This document shows, piece by piece, positions 38,210-51,258 of a DNA stretch of 64,000 bases. The position numbers and the translations under genes were made by a program. The stretch's first letter is position 1. Each line of letters begins with the position of its first letter. Below the pieces are notes generated by a model that saw only the letters and a list, made by a program, of their open reading frames with translations, searched no databases and had not been told where the DNA came from. The DNA is taken from positions 356,562,001 through 356,626,000 of the forward strand of contig OZ024740.1 in NCBI GenBank assembly GCA_964016885.1, read 5' to 3'. The DNA comes from Eledone cirrhosa. Its lineage: Eukaryota.

Positions 38210-39711
38210 TTATTCAGTGATTTTTTTTACATACTTGACCTCCTTTCCAACACAAGAGACATATATAAACATATGTATATATTGACGCACAGTGGGTTGA
38301 CATCCATTATAATAATATGGCATAGCAATTTACATACAAAGATTACAGTCATATTAAAGGACAAAATTAAAGTTAAAATTAAAATTAAAATTAAAATAAA
38401 ACATTGGCAGTTTACGAAGATAAAGCAAGAGGATAGTTTGAAGTAGCCAGTGTATGCAACAGTCACACGTGAGGCATGCACGCGTGTCCTATTTATACAA
38501 GATTACAGGGCGGCAGAGTGTTACATGTAATACAAGCAGTCAAAGCGGGCAATCAAGAGCATCATGGGGGCTGTACTGGTAAAGCATTTTTCATACATAC
38601 ATGTACGATATAGAAGCCCGTGTGTAGAGAAACACCAAAAATATCAAAAATATTACAAATGAGAAGCAAAACAACACCACTGTCCTCGCACACACCACTA
38701 CTCTCACAATCCAGGAAACGCAATTTATAGACTAAATGTCCCTCACACAATCCACGATGATTCAACATTGGGTGCCTGGTGAACCATGTTAGAACATCAC
38801 AGCTTGTCGTTCTCTAATTCGATTCTATAGAGCAGGTTGTTTTTGTTGTGAGAGTTGACATCGTATTATATTCCGGAAGTGTGTGTGTGATTAAGGGGAG
38901 TTAATGCGTAAGGGGAGGTAACTAGCTGATTTCTATAGCTAAATTTATTATCCTAATGTACATTAAATGGTGTCTCAAATGAGTCCCTATCATATAAGGT
39001 TATAAACTGTTTCTAAATTTAAGTATCTTATCTATAAATTACAGTGTAGTCTATCAAGAAGTACTAAAGGTGTTCATATTAGGATGATTACCTTCTATCA
39101 TAGAGTGCCACAACCGAATATTCTACATGAAGAGTCAGATCTCCAAATCAATGATCTTTGTAAGTGTAGTCTACCCGCAGAACCTGGCAGGGTTTTATTA
39201 GAATCACTTCTATATATGACTCCTGGTAAGCTCATTGCATGTCTGATTGCATGGCAAAGTTAAATATCACTAGGGTAGTCCAGAGATCAATTCTCACTTA
39301 CAATGACACTAATCTGACCATCAAGTCATACATGTATGTATAACTCATACATCACCTGTACATAATTCATTGCACTCAGCATATAGGTTATATAGCTATT
39401 CTATGTTAATAAATTAATTAATTAATTAATCTTCCATTTATCCAATGATGGCACTCCATACACAGGACAATATTAGCACAACCAATTCCGTGCTTAAAGT
39501 TTACATTAATTATATATTGGTGTAATGTAGTCTAAGTAATTGAAGGCTAATATACCAAAAGTAGATGTACATGGGGTTATCTCTAGGGTAAAAGGTACTA
39601 GGAGGATGTCACTATTTGCGTTAAAGTGGATTAATGAGTGTGGAGATGAGGTGTAAGGTGTGCCCCTGATGTTTGTTGCTAGAGGTGGTGACGGGTTCAA
39701 GTCTGACATTG

Positions 39712-41415
39712 TTATATATTGGGTTTAAAGTTTTGGAAGGAGTGTCGGAAGCGGTGTTGGCAAGACGCGAACACTTCTGATTTTTATTAAGGAGGTTATG
39801 GTTTGAGAGGATAATAGTATGGGTCTCTAGTAGACAGAGGTTACAAAATTTATTAGGTGGTTTGTACGATGTCGCGTTACCTATCACTTCCCATTTAAGT
39901 GTATATGCTTTATTTTTAGTTTTTAGATAGTGTATGTAGCTAGATAGTGAAGTGGAGTTGGCTAGACTGTGTTTTTTGAACGAGTGGAGGTGCGAATTGT
40001 ATCTGGTTTTGAAGCAGTTTGAAGTAGAGCCTATATAGGTTTCAGAAGAGTTGCTAGTTGTGACTGTGCATGAGTATATTATATCCTTGATTAAGTATTT
40101 TTATCTAAAGGGCAGGTTCTGTTTGATCTACAGTTACAATTATTCTGGGTGTTAGTCTGCCGGTTATTATGTTGCGTAGAAAGTCTGGATGGTAGCTATA
40201 GGATTATGGTTATGGGGGTTGTCGTTCCCAGCGTTATTGCTTACACTAGTGCTATTACTATTATTTCTATTGTTATTAGGGTTAGTTGCTATAATGTTAT
40301 TTTGAAGGTTTATCGTCTGTTGTGATTTAGTTTGTTGGAAGTAAGAATTAATTTTTCTTTTATTGCTACTAGCTATGTGGTATGCTATGTCAGCCGTAGT
40401 AGAGTAGGAGATTTTAATACTGTTTTTGTTTAAAAGGCTATAGTACTTGTGGCCGGATGGGAAGTTTTTATCTAGTAGTGAGAAGAAAGCCCAAGGTAGG
40501 TTGGTAGAGACGTTTAGATTGAAAGGAGGGTTGAAAAATGTATTATTTCTTCTTCTATTTTTGTTTTTTATGTCTGGTGAGTTGTTTTCTTTTGTGGTAC
40601 TATGGTCATTTCTGTGGTGTGGGTTACTTTTGTTGGCATCCTCCGTATTGGTGTGTGTGTGATTGCTATTCCTATTACTAAATTTCCTCATGGACATGTG
40701 CGAAATAATGTTGTAGCTATGTGTTTTTGTAGGTGGGAACTCGATCTCTATGTTATGGCCTGATCTAGCTAATGCCTGATTATAATATTGCGAGTTTTTG
40801 CTAAATATGTTTACGTCATAGGATAGATTAGAGATTCTATTAGATACTCCCTTAGAAATAGAGTTTAATATAGATCTAGGGTGGTTAGACTTGGTATCTA
40901 CGTAAATGAGTTTTTCATTAGGTTTGTGGAAAGGTGCATATATCTTTGAGTCTAGGTAGAGGGTGGCGTCCAGGAAGTTAACGTTTTTAGTGTTTTTGTC
41001 CATGGTAATACTAAGGTTATAGTTTTTTAATGTCTTGCGCAATAGTTTTCTAGTTCTTTCTATATTGAATTTTTTATATTCTATAAGTAGAAGTGCATCA
41101 TCGCGGTACAAACCACCGTTGAGGTATGGGAGATCCTTATGGATTTCGTTAAGTAAATATAGGCCGACTAAATCAGTGACCTGCGCCGAGTCACTAGATC
41201 CCATGGTTATGTCGAAGTTGTTTTGATTATCTTTGCGGGTCCATAATTGGTCTTCAAAGGTGATTACTGTTTTACGGGCCGCAAGTATGACTTCAATCTG
41301 GGGTCTAGTCAGGTCACTATTGTCCATGGCCATGATAAGTGCCTTATTTAATAGGATAGGGGAAATAGAGATGTAGTATGAATTGATATCAAATTAAATA
41401 AACTTTTTATCCTTG
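39712..41415 (-). pseudogene. Naiad-type RT (3' part) + GIY-YIG, frameshifted
   Basis: FDITMGSSDSAQVTDLVG, GLYRDDAL, SNHP, FNPPF, YIGS, CNLCLLE. Confidence 0.92.
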
Positions 41416-41450
41416 AAAGGAGGTCAAGTATGTAAAAAGTCACTGAATAA

Positions 41451-41499
41451 TTGCTCCGAAGACTCCAAACCTCGGTTTGGAAGAAACAATTGTAAGCAA
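41451..41499 (+). ncRNA. Type I hammerhead ribozyme, U4C core variant
   Basis: TTGCT-CCGAAGA-C-TCCAAACCtcGGTTTGGA-A-GAAA-CAATTG-TA-AGCAA: perfect stems I and II, palindromic stem III, GUA. Confidence 0.8.
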
Positions 41500-41556
41500 A
41501 TAAATGATATAAACAGAACTTTGATTCATGTAATTTATATATATATATATATATAT

Positions 41557-42090
41557 TTGGAGGCTTAGCAAAATCGAATATTTGGCGGTGTGCAAGCAAA
41601 TTCGACCTACGATATGAATGGTAGCAAAGCACTCGACAAGAGTAATAACATACGTTTAAATAGCTTGACAAATTGAACATTGTGGTAGGCAAAATCTAAC
41701 ACACAGTACCAAAGTAACGAAAGAACTAACAGGATGAAAAAATACACCTGGACAAATCAAACGTTATACGTTTAAGGTGTTTCTATGAATTCGAAATCAA
41801 ATATCAGACTTACGTAACTAGCAAGCTCGTGGTATTCATGATCGAACAGTGGATTCATTTTATCAACAGGAATTTCGTTCTACCAAAGAACGGGGCGAAA
41901 CGCTGAATGGTGCCGCTAACAGCAGCGAATTCGAACATTCAGTTGTCACGTGTTATTTCCAACAAGGGAAAATAACCCCCGGTTTTTTGGCGGGTCATTC
42001 AAAGTGTTAGACAAAGGAAATATTATAATTTCCGCTAACTTTCAGAATAAGCTCTCAACCAGATGTTATTAAACAAACACAAATAATTAA
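41557..42090 (-). mobile_element. Penelope-like pLTR remnant, second copy of the 1591-2133 family
   Basis: Reverse-complement match over about 530 bp; ends at the (TA)n run shared with the Naiad element. Confidence 0.8.
41747..41870 (-). ncRNA. Hammerhead with extended stem II, U3-A8 core
   Basis: CCTG-TTGATAA-AATGAAT...ATTCATA-GAAA-CACCTTAAACG..CGTTTGATTTG-TC-CAGG. Confidence 0.7.
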
Positions 42091-42254
42091 CCAATCAACA
42101 GAATTGTCTAATTAAATGAATTAGTTAATTATAAAAAATATATATATAGTATATCCTCCCAAAATGTTCATACTCCAACATCATTATAATCAAAGTGTGT
42201 ATACATTTTTCTAGGACACTCTTTATATATATATATATTTATTTATATTTATAT

Positions 42255-42434
42255 TTATGTAATAAACAACATAAGATAATTATTTCATTTACCAGTGGTT
42301 TCAGTGGTCAGAATGAATAAAAACATGGTGTTTTTTATTAAATATGGATTTGAAATTAAAATTTAGGAAATATGAAAGTGAGGCTGAAAAAAACGGGCGA
42401 AAAGGAAATAGGGGAAAAAATAAAAAAAATAAAA

Positions 42435-42435
<1 letters not shown>
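42255..42435 (-). mobile_element. Penelope-like pLTR arm, inverted partner of 45777-46007; hammerhead lacking stem II at 42284-42317
   Basis: Minus strand TTCATT-CTGACCA-CT-GAAA-CCACTGG-TA-AATGAA. Confidence 0.75.
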
Positions 42436-42518
<83 letters not shown>

Positions 42519-42569
42519 AAGTATGTATGTATACGTACATACATATATGTATACAGACGTACAGTAGCA

Positions 42570-42623
<54 letters not shown>

Positions 42624-42772
42624 CAGGTACACATACATATATGCACGCATCAGTTTAGCGGACGCTTATTATAACGCCGCTTTGTTCGTTTGTAAACAAA
42701 CTGAACAGCCTGAATTTATTCCATACGGTGTTAAGGCAACCACGTCACCTTTTTGTTCAACACTGACACAGG

Positions 42773-42817
42773 AACGATGTACTAGTTTCAAGTTTGTTAG
42801 CTATCATCAGTACCGTT
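42773..42817 (-). ncRNA. Type I hammerhead ribozyme
   Basis: AACGGTA-CTGATGA-TAGCTAACAAACTT-GAAA-CTAG-TA-CATCGTT; palindromic ACTAGT stem III; stem II decayed. Confidence 0.65.
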
Positions 42818-43012
42818 TACCCATCTGCCAGATAGTTGAACGTTCGAAAGTATATACTTTCCTTATGAAAATTAACGGCTGAGCAGCCTAATTTGCATAT
42901 TGAGTGAGTTAAATCGGTCATGCATACCGAAAACGATAGGTTGAAATAAAATGAAAACGAAATTTCATTTCTCACTCTTAATATGGCACTTACTTAAATG
43001 TAAGTATGTATG

Positions 43013-43335
43013 TATAAGAATAAAAATATAAGTATCCAGAACGTAAACATACACACAATCAACTACGCGCATATACTAAAAAGTATGTAGACGTAAACTC
43101 ACACAAACGGGCACATACGCGTGCGCACACACTCACGCAATAAGAAATTAACACACGTATACATATACGTAAGTCCACGCATATACACGCATATATAAAC
43201 ATATATACAAAAATATATATACACAAACACATGCATACTTAAATACAAATACATGTAAACAAATATATACATACATATCTATAAATACATATATACACAC
43301 AAACACACACACACACACACACATATATCTATCTA

Positions 43336-43423
<88 letters not shown>

Positions 43424-44687
43424 AATAAAGACACGTATATATGAAAGTACGAATAAGTCTGTCTGCATATGCGCCCACATATAACCTTAAGTGAGTACAC
43501 TTAAAAACCTAGTGGGTAAGTAAGATTGAAATAAAATAATAAAAACAATTATTAAAAACAGGTAAGGGAGAAAGGGGGTGTAAAAGTTGTAGTAGAGAGT
43601 AAGTGTTTGTGATAAGATCTGGATAAGGGTATATTGTGAAAAAGCGATCCCTGGTAAAGGGTATGTATGTATATATTTGTTTATATGTATTTGTATTTAA
43701 ATATGCATGTGTTTGTGTATATATATTTTTGTATATATGTTTATATATGCTTGTATCGACTTACGTATATGTTTATTTGTTTGCGTGTGTTAATGTCTTA
43801 TGTACTTATGTACTTGGGTTATGTACCTTTGAAATTCATTTATTGATTGTAGGTTTTTTTGGTATGTGTATGCATGTGGATGTGTGTGTTTTTGTATGTT
43901 TGTATGTGTGTTTATATATATGTGTGTGTGTATGTGTGTGTTTATATGTGTTTATATATGTGTATATATATGTATATGCATGCATATGTGTGTGTGTGTA
44001 TGAGTACGCATATCTATTTTATATATATATATACACATATATATGCGTGTGTGTTTGCATGTGTGTATAGGTATATATGTATATTTATGTATATGTGTGT
44101 ATGTATGTGTACATATATATCAGAGTTTTCCTTCTCCTAGAATTCTGCCTTGACAAAGGCTAAGGGGTCATATCTCCCGGTGATTTTGGATGGCGATTGA
44201 CTCTTAAGAGCTCCTTTGCCCTTTGACAGGTTCTGTTTTTAGTCCTGCAGGATGTCCAAAGTCACCCTCCTCACCAAGAAACCTTGGTGGGGTTGCCAGT
44301 TTAGTCGCCAACGAGCCGACCAGGAGAAGGAAAACTCTGATATAACACCTGCAACCCTGATGGTGTCCAATGATGTTGACTTGTTCTTCTTTTGGTAAAT
44401 ATCATCTTGGTTAAGAGAGTGGGACTGGCTTTGTGCAGTGCTTTTGCTCACTATAAAAGCTTCACGGCACAGGCATTGCTTTATATCTGGAGATCTCTCT
44501 GCACTTGTCGTCACATGGTACCCTGGGCCCAGTACTATGTGTCAATAATTGTCACAAGTGTAGTGTTTGTACCAGAGTTTTCAAGTCGCTGGCTGAACTA
44601 AAAAGTCACACTTGTTCAGCGCATCGGTAGGGGTTCTCCTACATGGATATAAAGTAGTGGCCGTACTCGAAAACGAGTCGGCAGCAA

Positions 44688-44764
<77 letters not shown>

Positions 44765-45221
44765 CATATATATATATATGTATATACATATCTTGTGTAT
44801 TTGTTTATATATATATATGTATATACATATCTTGTGTATTTGTTTATATTTAAGTTGTTTTTATTTTTTTCTCCCCCAACTCCAACCACACACACACTCA
44901 CACCTATCGTTGTCAACACTCCACCCACCCCCTTCTTTTACTTTATTTTGTTTTTGTTTATATATATATATACGTATACAATATATACGTATATATATAT
45001 TGTTCTTATTTATTTTTTTATTTAGTTATTTCTACTTGTTTACTACTTCCCAAATTTGAGTGCATATATCTGTGTATATGTATGTGTATGTATTTATGTT
45101 CCTGTCCATATTTCTTTATAGACGCTAATACGTTTGTGTGAGTTTACGTCTACATACTTTTTAGTATATGCGCGTAGTTGATTCTGTGTATGTTTACGTT
45201 CAGGATATTTATATTTTTATT

Positions 45222-45227
<6 letters not shown>
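43013..45227. repeat. Nested inverted repeats of low-complexity sequence
   Basis: 43013-43109 pairs with 45131-45227; 43141-43277 pairs with 43662-43800. Confidence 0.8.
44116..44690 (+). mobile_element. Bipartite RTE-derived non-autonomous retroelement with inverted 5' part
   Basis: Same family as 62633-63244, but 44116-44321 is inverted and 23 nt are duplicated (44116-44138 / 44322-44344). Confidence 0.85.
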
Positions 45228-45297
<70 letters not shown>

Positions 45298-45335
45298 ATT
45301 AAATAAATGGAAACTATATTTATAAAACCATATTT

Positions 45336-45399
45336 ATTTCATTATATATATTTCGGGGATATCATATTAACAATATGCTATGCCTTCCTCAGACAAAAT
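45336..45399 (-). ncRNA. Type I hammerhead ribozyme (mirror of 45557-45620)
   Basis: Exact reverse complement of the plus-strand copy. Confidence 0.7.
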
Positions 45400-45556
45400 A
45401 CAATATAAACAGTTTTATAGATAAATAGATTCGACATACCGTTATAACACCGACTTGCATTTGAAGAGGTTAAGCTGCCAGCTTAACCTCTTCAAATGCA
45501 AGTCGGTGTTATAACGGTATGTCGAATCTATTTATCTATAAAACTGTTTATATTGT

Positions 45557-45620
45557 ATTTTGTCTGAGGAAGGCATAGCATATTGTTAATATGATATCCC
45601 CGAAATATATATAATGAAAT
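45557..45620 (+). ncRNA. Type I hammerhead ribozyme
   Basis: ATTTTGT-CTGAGGA-AGGCATAGCATATTgttAATATGATATCCCC-GAAA-TATATA-TA-ATGAAAT; stem I with two G-U pairs. Confidence 0.72.
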
Positions 45621-45754
45621 AAATATGGTTTTATAAATATAGTTTCCATTTATTTAATATTGTAAATATACTCCAAATATTTGTCGAGTGCTTTTATATC
45701 AGTTTTAAATATTTACTAGTTGTAACCCAACAATTTTAAACATAACTTTCCATA

Positions 45755-45776
<22 letters not shown>

Positions 45777-45785
<9 letters not shown>

Positions 45786-46007
45786 TTTTCCTATTTCTTT
45801 TTCGCCCGTTTTTTTTCAGCCTCACTTTCATATTTCCTAAATTTTATTTTCAAATCTGACGACTGAAGACAGATACAACATCTGTCTTCAAGAAACCACT
45901 GGTAAATGAAATAATTATCTTATGTTGTTTATTACATAACTAATAAGCTCTGTAGCCTACATAGAGCACTCTTTTTTCCTGTACCTTTCCGACGGAAATA
46001 CTTCACA
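45777..46007 (+). mobile_element. Penelope-like pLTR arm with hammerhead at 45844-45912
   Basis: CTGACGA-C-TGAAGACAGAT-acaac-ATCTGTCTTCA-A-GAAA-CCACTGG-TA-AATGAA; 5' strand of stem I deleted. Confidence 0.78.
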
Positions 46008-46020
46008 TATATATATATAT

Positions 46021-46330
46021 AATAAGTTGACGGGACTAGCATAAGGTTTCCCTGCTAGTACCGGTTGCATCTCAGCGTACTCAATAGGTAAGAGTATGTA
46101 AAAATACCATAGACCATAGTTATTTGCTTCACACGTAAATGGGTACCATAAATCTATACTCGTACTTAAGTTTCGGCCACATGTAATGCAACAAGAGAGC
46201 GTATAGCATCTATTATGGTCTGCATTTATTCTGGGGTTTTCATATAAGTCAAGCGTAATACCATGAACGGCTTTCAGCCGTGAGATCGTGACATTTCAGA
46301 ACTTTTTCCAGGCATAATATATCTAGGATT
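46021..46330 (-). mobile_element. Possible Penelope-like tail remnant with 3' half hammerhead (46156-46180)
   Basis: Minus strand GTGGCC-GAAA-CTTAAG-TA-CGAG; tattgagtac motif; ends at (TA)n. Confidence 0.4.
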
Positions 46331-48758
46331 ACATTGCTCAATGTATCGGAGATAGATTTGACGTAAATATATTTTATATATTTAGAATGGCTTATATTAA
46401 ACACCGAAAAATAAAAAATAAAAACTTGTTAAATACCGTGCTCTTGTGCAGACAACAGTAAACTAGAACTGCATATATCCTTTTCATATCTAGCTTGACT
46501 GAGCTATTCTAATTTCAGAACTTTTTGTTTGGAGCCTAATTAATGAGGCCGCTGAACTTAGAAGAGAAAGAGAAAATAAGTGAAGAATAAATTGGGGGAG
46601 GACTAAACTAACAATAGATTTGACAATAGATTTGCAACACTAATATTGCGTCTTCACACGGGAGAATAATTCACATCAACATACTGGATTTCTTTGCCTT
46701 CTTTTTCCTTCAGAAGATAAATTTTACATCTTGAAAAATATTAATGGATGCAAATGAAAATGATATATCGTTTTATAGAGGTGAACATTGACAGAAGCCA
46801 ATAATTTTAATTATTTTCGTTATTACAATAAAGCTGAAGAAGAGGCATTTTTATTAATAAAACACTTTCATTTTGACAAATTTAATTCAATTAATTGGAA
46901 ATGTGCAGATCTAAAAACTATTTTGAGACACATGATCAAAGTAAAATAATTTTTAAAAAAATTGAATAAAATCAATTTAATCCTATTTTCTCCTCGTACT
47001 TTCTTTTTTATCAGTAATTACAAATGTGAAAACACTGTTCCTTTTTATGTCTCTATACATATTAGCTTACATTTTCCGATTTTCTACTGAAAGCAAATGT
47101 TGATTTTATCTTTTTTAACCAAACATCTTTAGACATGAGTGTAACATTTCTTTCTTTTCGTTTGCTCATTATCACCTCATTAAATCATCTGTTTATATAA
47201 TACAATTAAATACGTCAAATTGATGCCATGTTGCACGATAAAGAAAACATACTTTATAAAAGTCAGTCGTAGACGACTAAATTAGTATAAATATTTACAC
47301 CTCAGAGTGGCCGAAGTGACTTCACTCCAAATACCTTGTAGTATTTAGCTTCGGTCGTTCTTGGCTCCAATCTCCCCAGCATCAACAGCTTGAACTCTGA
47401 CCAGGTGTATAAAATACGTACCATTCACATAATGGTGAATGGTTTCAGTCAAGTATATCATTCACATATAGATATGTGCAATTGAGTCAATGTTAATAAT
47501 GTCCGGAGTCAATGTTAATAATGTTAATAATGTGCAAGGAATCAATATTTCAGTTGTATTCAGTACCTTCACCCAAAAGTTAACTCAATGGCGTGGATTT
47601 GATTCCTGGTCCAAATTTATTTTACTACATTCGTGGAACTCAGTTATCTTGGGAAAGGTATGACCGTGTCAGGTTTACATTTATCTTTATGCCTAGTGTA
47701 ATTTTTTCTTTTTTTTTTTTAGTTGAAGCAAAGAAACGTATTTACTTTGGAACAAGATTCAGTCTTACGAAAATTAAAGATTGACTTAGTTTCAATTACC
47801 GGATGAAGCCATTTCACTCTTAGAAAATTCATGACGGTTACAATATCACATACACCCTTCCTTAAAATTCAAGAGTCATGTGTCTATAAAAAGGAAATTA
47901 ATATTTTCTTTATTCATTAAAACTAGAAACCTGAATGAAAAGTTGAATTCCACACTAAATACTTTAAAGTATTTAATTACAAGTGTCTCATCCTACCACA
48001 GTCAATATTTCGTTTATCAATTGCACACAGTATTGCAATAAAACAACTTGAACTCCACTAGTACACACACTTTTTCTTGAATTTAATGCAATAAAATCAA
48101 TGCCCTATCATCTTAATGTGGTTGCCAAAACATCATATTGTCATGTTTGGAAATGGTGACATATAGATAGTTCAAAACTCAGTTTTTAGGTGATTATTTG
48201 CAAGTAAAGCAAAACTGAATAGCAAACAAACGGTATTGTTACTACTAGACTGACATTTATAATTAGCTGTTTCTTCAATAATCTACTCTAATTTACTAAC
48301 TTTGATAATGTGTGCTGCCCTCAAAAACTGGACATCATTTATTCTATGCTATATTGCGTAGTTTTAAAATACTTTCCTGTCAACATATATATTCTACACA
48401 ATTATTCCAGAATGAATTGATATTATTTTAACTACTTTTACGGCTACAGTTTAAACATTAAATGCTAGACTATCACCTTTGTTTTAACTTTAGTTTGGAA
48501 TCCATTATTTCAGTAACTAGTACAAAGTGATTCTTCTTCAGGTTATTGTTGTTGTTTAACAATAGATTAACTCTAAATAAACAGAACGTTGGTTGAAAGC
48601 GTTCCAGTAATGATCATCTATTTCTTCTCTAGAGCTGCCCTATGCAAAATATCATCTTCGTGATTCATATCGATATTCGGGATGATATAGTTGATAATGC
48701 TCTTGATATTATTAGTATGGGGAATTGTTCTAATTGTCTTGTATCATTTTCACTTCAA

Positions 48759-48925
48759 TAATAATTGTTTCTACTTTAGGCACAAGGCCAGCAATTACAC
48801 AGTGCATTACTGGTACTTTATTTTATCGACCCCGTAAGGATAAAAGGCAAAGTCAACCTCGGCAGGATTTGAACTCAGCTCGTAAAGGGACGTAACTATG
48901 CTGGAACGCATGGCGCCCGACCCTC
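48759..48925 (-). mobile_element. Meta/MESC-type SINE
   Basis: Reverse complement of the 27661 family. Confidence 0.85.
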
Positions 48926-49400
48926 AATAATAATGAATAATTTCAAAATGATATCGGAATAGCTATAATATATCTCTCCCTCCCACTATAAACAATTTAA
49001 TTCTCTTTAACTCCCTACACTGTAAATTGACGACATCAAGTCTACGAATCAAAACTGATCGAGGAATCCTTCCATCTTTACCCCTCCATCCATCTCCGTT
49101 TGTCCTGCTACTTCCTAATTCTTCTCCCCCTTCCTCTCCTTCTATACTAGTAAATACGATTCCAAAAAAATGTTTTTTATATATTAAGAACCATTTACAA
49201 ATAACTTATTCATTATTTTGAAAATTTGGAGGTGAATAAGAGTTATTATCGAGTGGCTGCTGTTTGCAGTTTTGCAGTATAACGATATAAGGTTGTGCTT
49301 ACCAATGAAATGGTCGTAAATACCTGGAGAAAATCCTTTTTTTAATGCTTACCTGTGTTTTCTCTTTTATTTTATATATATATATCTATCTATATCTATA

Positions 49401-49446
<46 letters not shown>

Positions 49447-49450
<4 letters not shown>

Positions 49451-49750
49451 ATTTATTATAAGCTTCCGATTGGTTGGTTGATTCGTTAACCGGATGGTTG
49501 ATTATATATTGTCAAAGCTCTTTCGACACACATTCTGTGACATCCTCTGTGACTGGTCTTTTATTTTGTGTCCCTCCTTAGTTCTGTCCTACACCACACC
49601 ATCTTGTTTGTTGTAGGACAGAACAAAGGATAGACACAAAATAAATACCCGGTCACTGAGGAGGTCACAGAATGTGTGACGAAAGCGTTTTGACAATATA
49701 TAAACAACCATCCGGTTATTGAACCAACCAACCAACCAGAAATGTATAAT
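49447..49750. mobile_element. Older fold-back element with two hammerheads, between (TA)n arrays
   Basis: Imperfect arms about 49470-49593 and 49611-49737; mutated ribozyme copy on minus at 49511-49553. Confidence 0.85.
49652..49694 (+). ncRNA. Type I hammerhead ribozyme
   Basis: GTCA-CTGAGGA-G-GTCACAgaatgTGTGAC-GAAA-GCGT-TT-TGAC. Confidence 0.8.
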
Positions 49751-49761
49751 ATATATATATG

Positions 49762-49827
<66 letters not shown>

Positions 49828-49980
49828 TAAGATGTATGGTAGGTCGTATGTGAATCGCGATGATCACGTCTGACTTACCAAATATGTGACGGTAGCTAGT
49901 TAAGCTCTATGCGTATACGCAGAGCAGAAATATTAGTGAAAAAGAACAAAGGAACTATTATGACATTATAACAAGTTTAT

Positions 49981-50027
49981 TGCCGACAGCCGTTTCGTCC
50001 GACCCCATGGTGGGATTTATCAAGGCA
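49981..50027 (-). ncRNA. Hammerhead, U3-A8 variant, in a TA-flanked non-coding element (about 49825-51216)
   Basis: TGCC-TTGATAA-ATCC...GGAC-GAAA-CGGCTG-TC-GGCA. Confidence 0.68.
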
Positions 50028-50974
50028 TATAACATGTGATTGCAAGATCATTGTTTACATCAACGTATTACTCAAGGCTAGCAGTTTGAAATTGTTGTAT
50101 ACATCAGCAACTCCGCTTGTATAGTTGGGGTCAATATTCTAAGGGGGGCTCTTTTATATTAGTTGTCGGGGTCAGGGATTGAAGTTTAAAAATTAGACAA
50201 AAATATATAATTTACGCATCAACATTAAACTAAAAGACTTGGGGTCCCGTAGAAGCACCTTAGAAAATCCCTCAATGAGTGCATAAAGCTTACAGGCTCC
50301 AATAAACCTATTAGACTAGAAGAAAATTAAGAGGCTAGTAAAATAAGAAAATAAAAATATAAAGTTTCCCTAAAAAATATATAAAGTTCCTATGAAATAT
50401 CTTCTAGAGAAAAAAAAATTTTTCCGAAAGAAAAAAACCTTCTTCCCACGAGATCACGTTTACAAAATTCAGAAAACTGAATTGAAAACTAGGTTGAAAG
50501 AAACTAATCAATTAGAGGTCAATTCAGAGAGCCTTCCATAAATCTCTCAGAAAAGGCCCCTTTAATATTTCCAATAGGAACTTCTTCCGAGAGACCCTTC
50601 GAAGAATTAAAATTTTAGAGAGCCTTTAAGGATAAATATAAAAACGAATTGAGGAAAATTATACATTAAAAGTTAAAAATTAAAAATTACGGTATTTGGG
50701 ATATCCGAGGAATTTTCAAAGGGCTGCTTCAACAGATACAACTTAGGCATAATAGATACAATAATCTAAGCAATTTAAGTAATTTAATTAGGGAGCAATT
50801 CAAGGAGTTTATCAAGTTGGGCAAGATTAAAGAAAGTGGTAACTAAGAAAATACATAAGCAAAAAGACAATAATTATAAAATGTATCTTTAAGAAGGTAT
50901 AAGCTAGCTTCAGTGATCTAACCATGTATTATCACAAAAAAACATTCTAAAATTATTGATACAGGATTAAAAAT

Positions 50975-51095
50975 GATTACAAAATTATTACAAAATTACC
51001 ACAAAATCATTACAAAATTATCAAATTATCATAAAATTATCGCAAAATTATTACAAAATTATCATAAAATTATTACAAAATTATCACAAAGTTAT
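50975..51095. repeat. Minisatellite with an approximately 11-12 bp unit (ATTACAAAATT / ATCACAAAATT)
   Basis: About ten degenerate tandem units. Confidence 0.85.
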
Positions 51096-51214
51096 GATAC
51101 AGGATCAACAAAGACAACAATATATATTCCTGCCCAATCAACAAGTAATCAGAACACTATTAACGGTCAGGCAAAATTAGCTCAGGGATATCCCGCGCTC
51201 GGATACTTTACACA

Positions 51215-51258
<44 letters not shown>

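Larger units (their letters stand above)
38015..41535 (-). mobile_element. 5'-truncated Naiad-type Penelope-like element with short inverted pLTR
   Basis: Colinear with 22824-26130; truncated in RT at about 41415; 41416-41535 is the reverse complement of about 38124-38247; (TA)n at 41536. Confidence 0.92.
45292..45752. mobile_element. Perfect 373-bp palindrome with two outward-facing hammerheads plus one-sided tail, between (TA)n arrays
   Basis: Arms 45292-45477 and 45479-45664 identical, 1-nt centre at 45478. Confidence 0.9.

Noticed and set aside
49308-49345. Possible 21-nt minus-strand microexon (ctccag...gtaag)
   Set aside because: Too short, weak polypyrimidine tract, and opposite strand to the other candidate exon
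50975-51095. Regularly spaced repeats resembling a CRISPR array
   Set aside because: No unique spacers, no cas genes, eukaryotic context; an ordinary minisatellite
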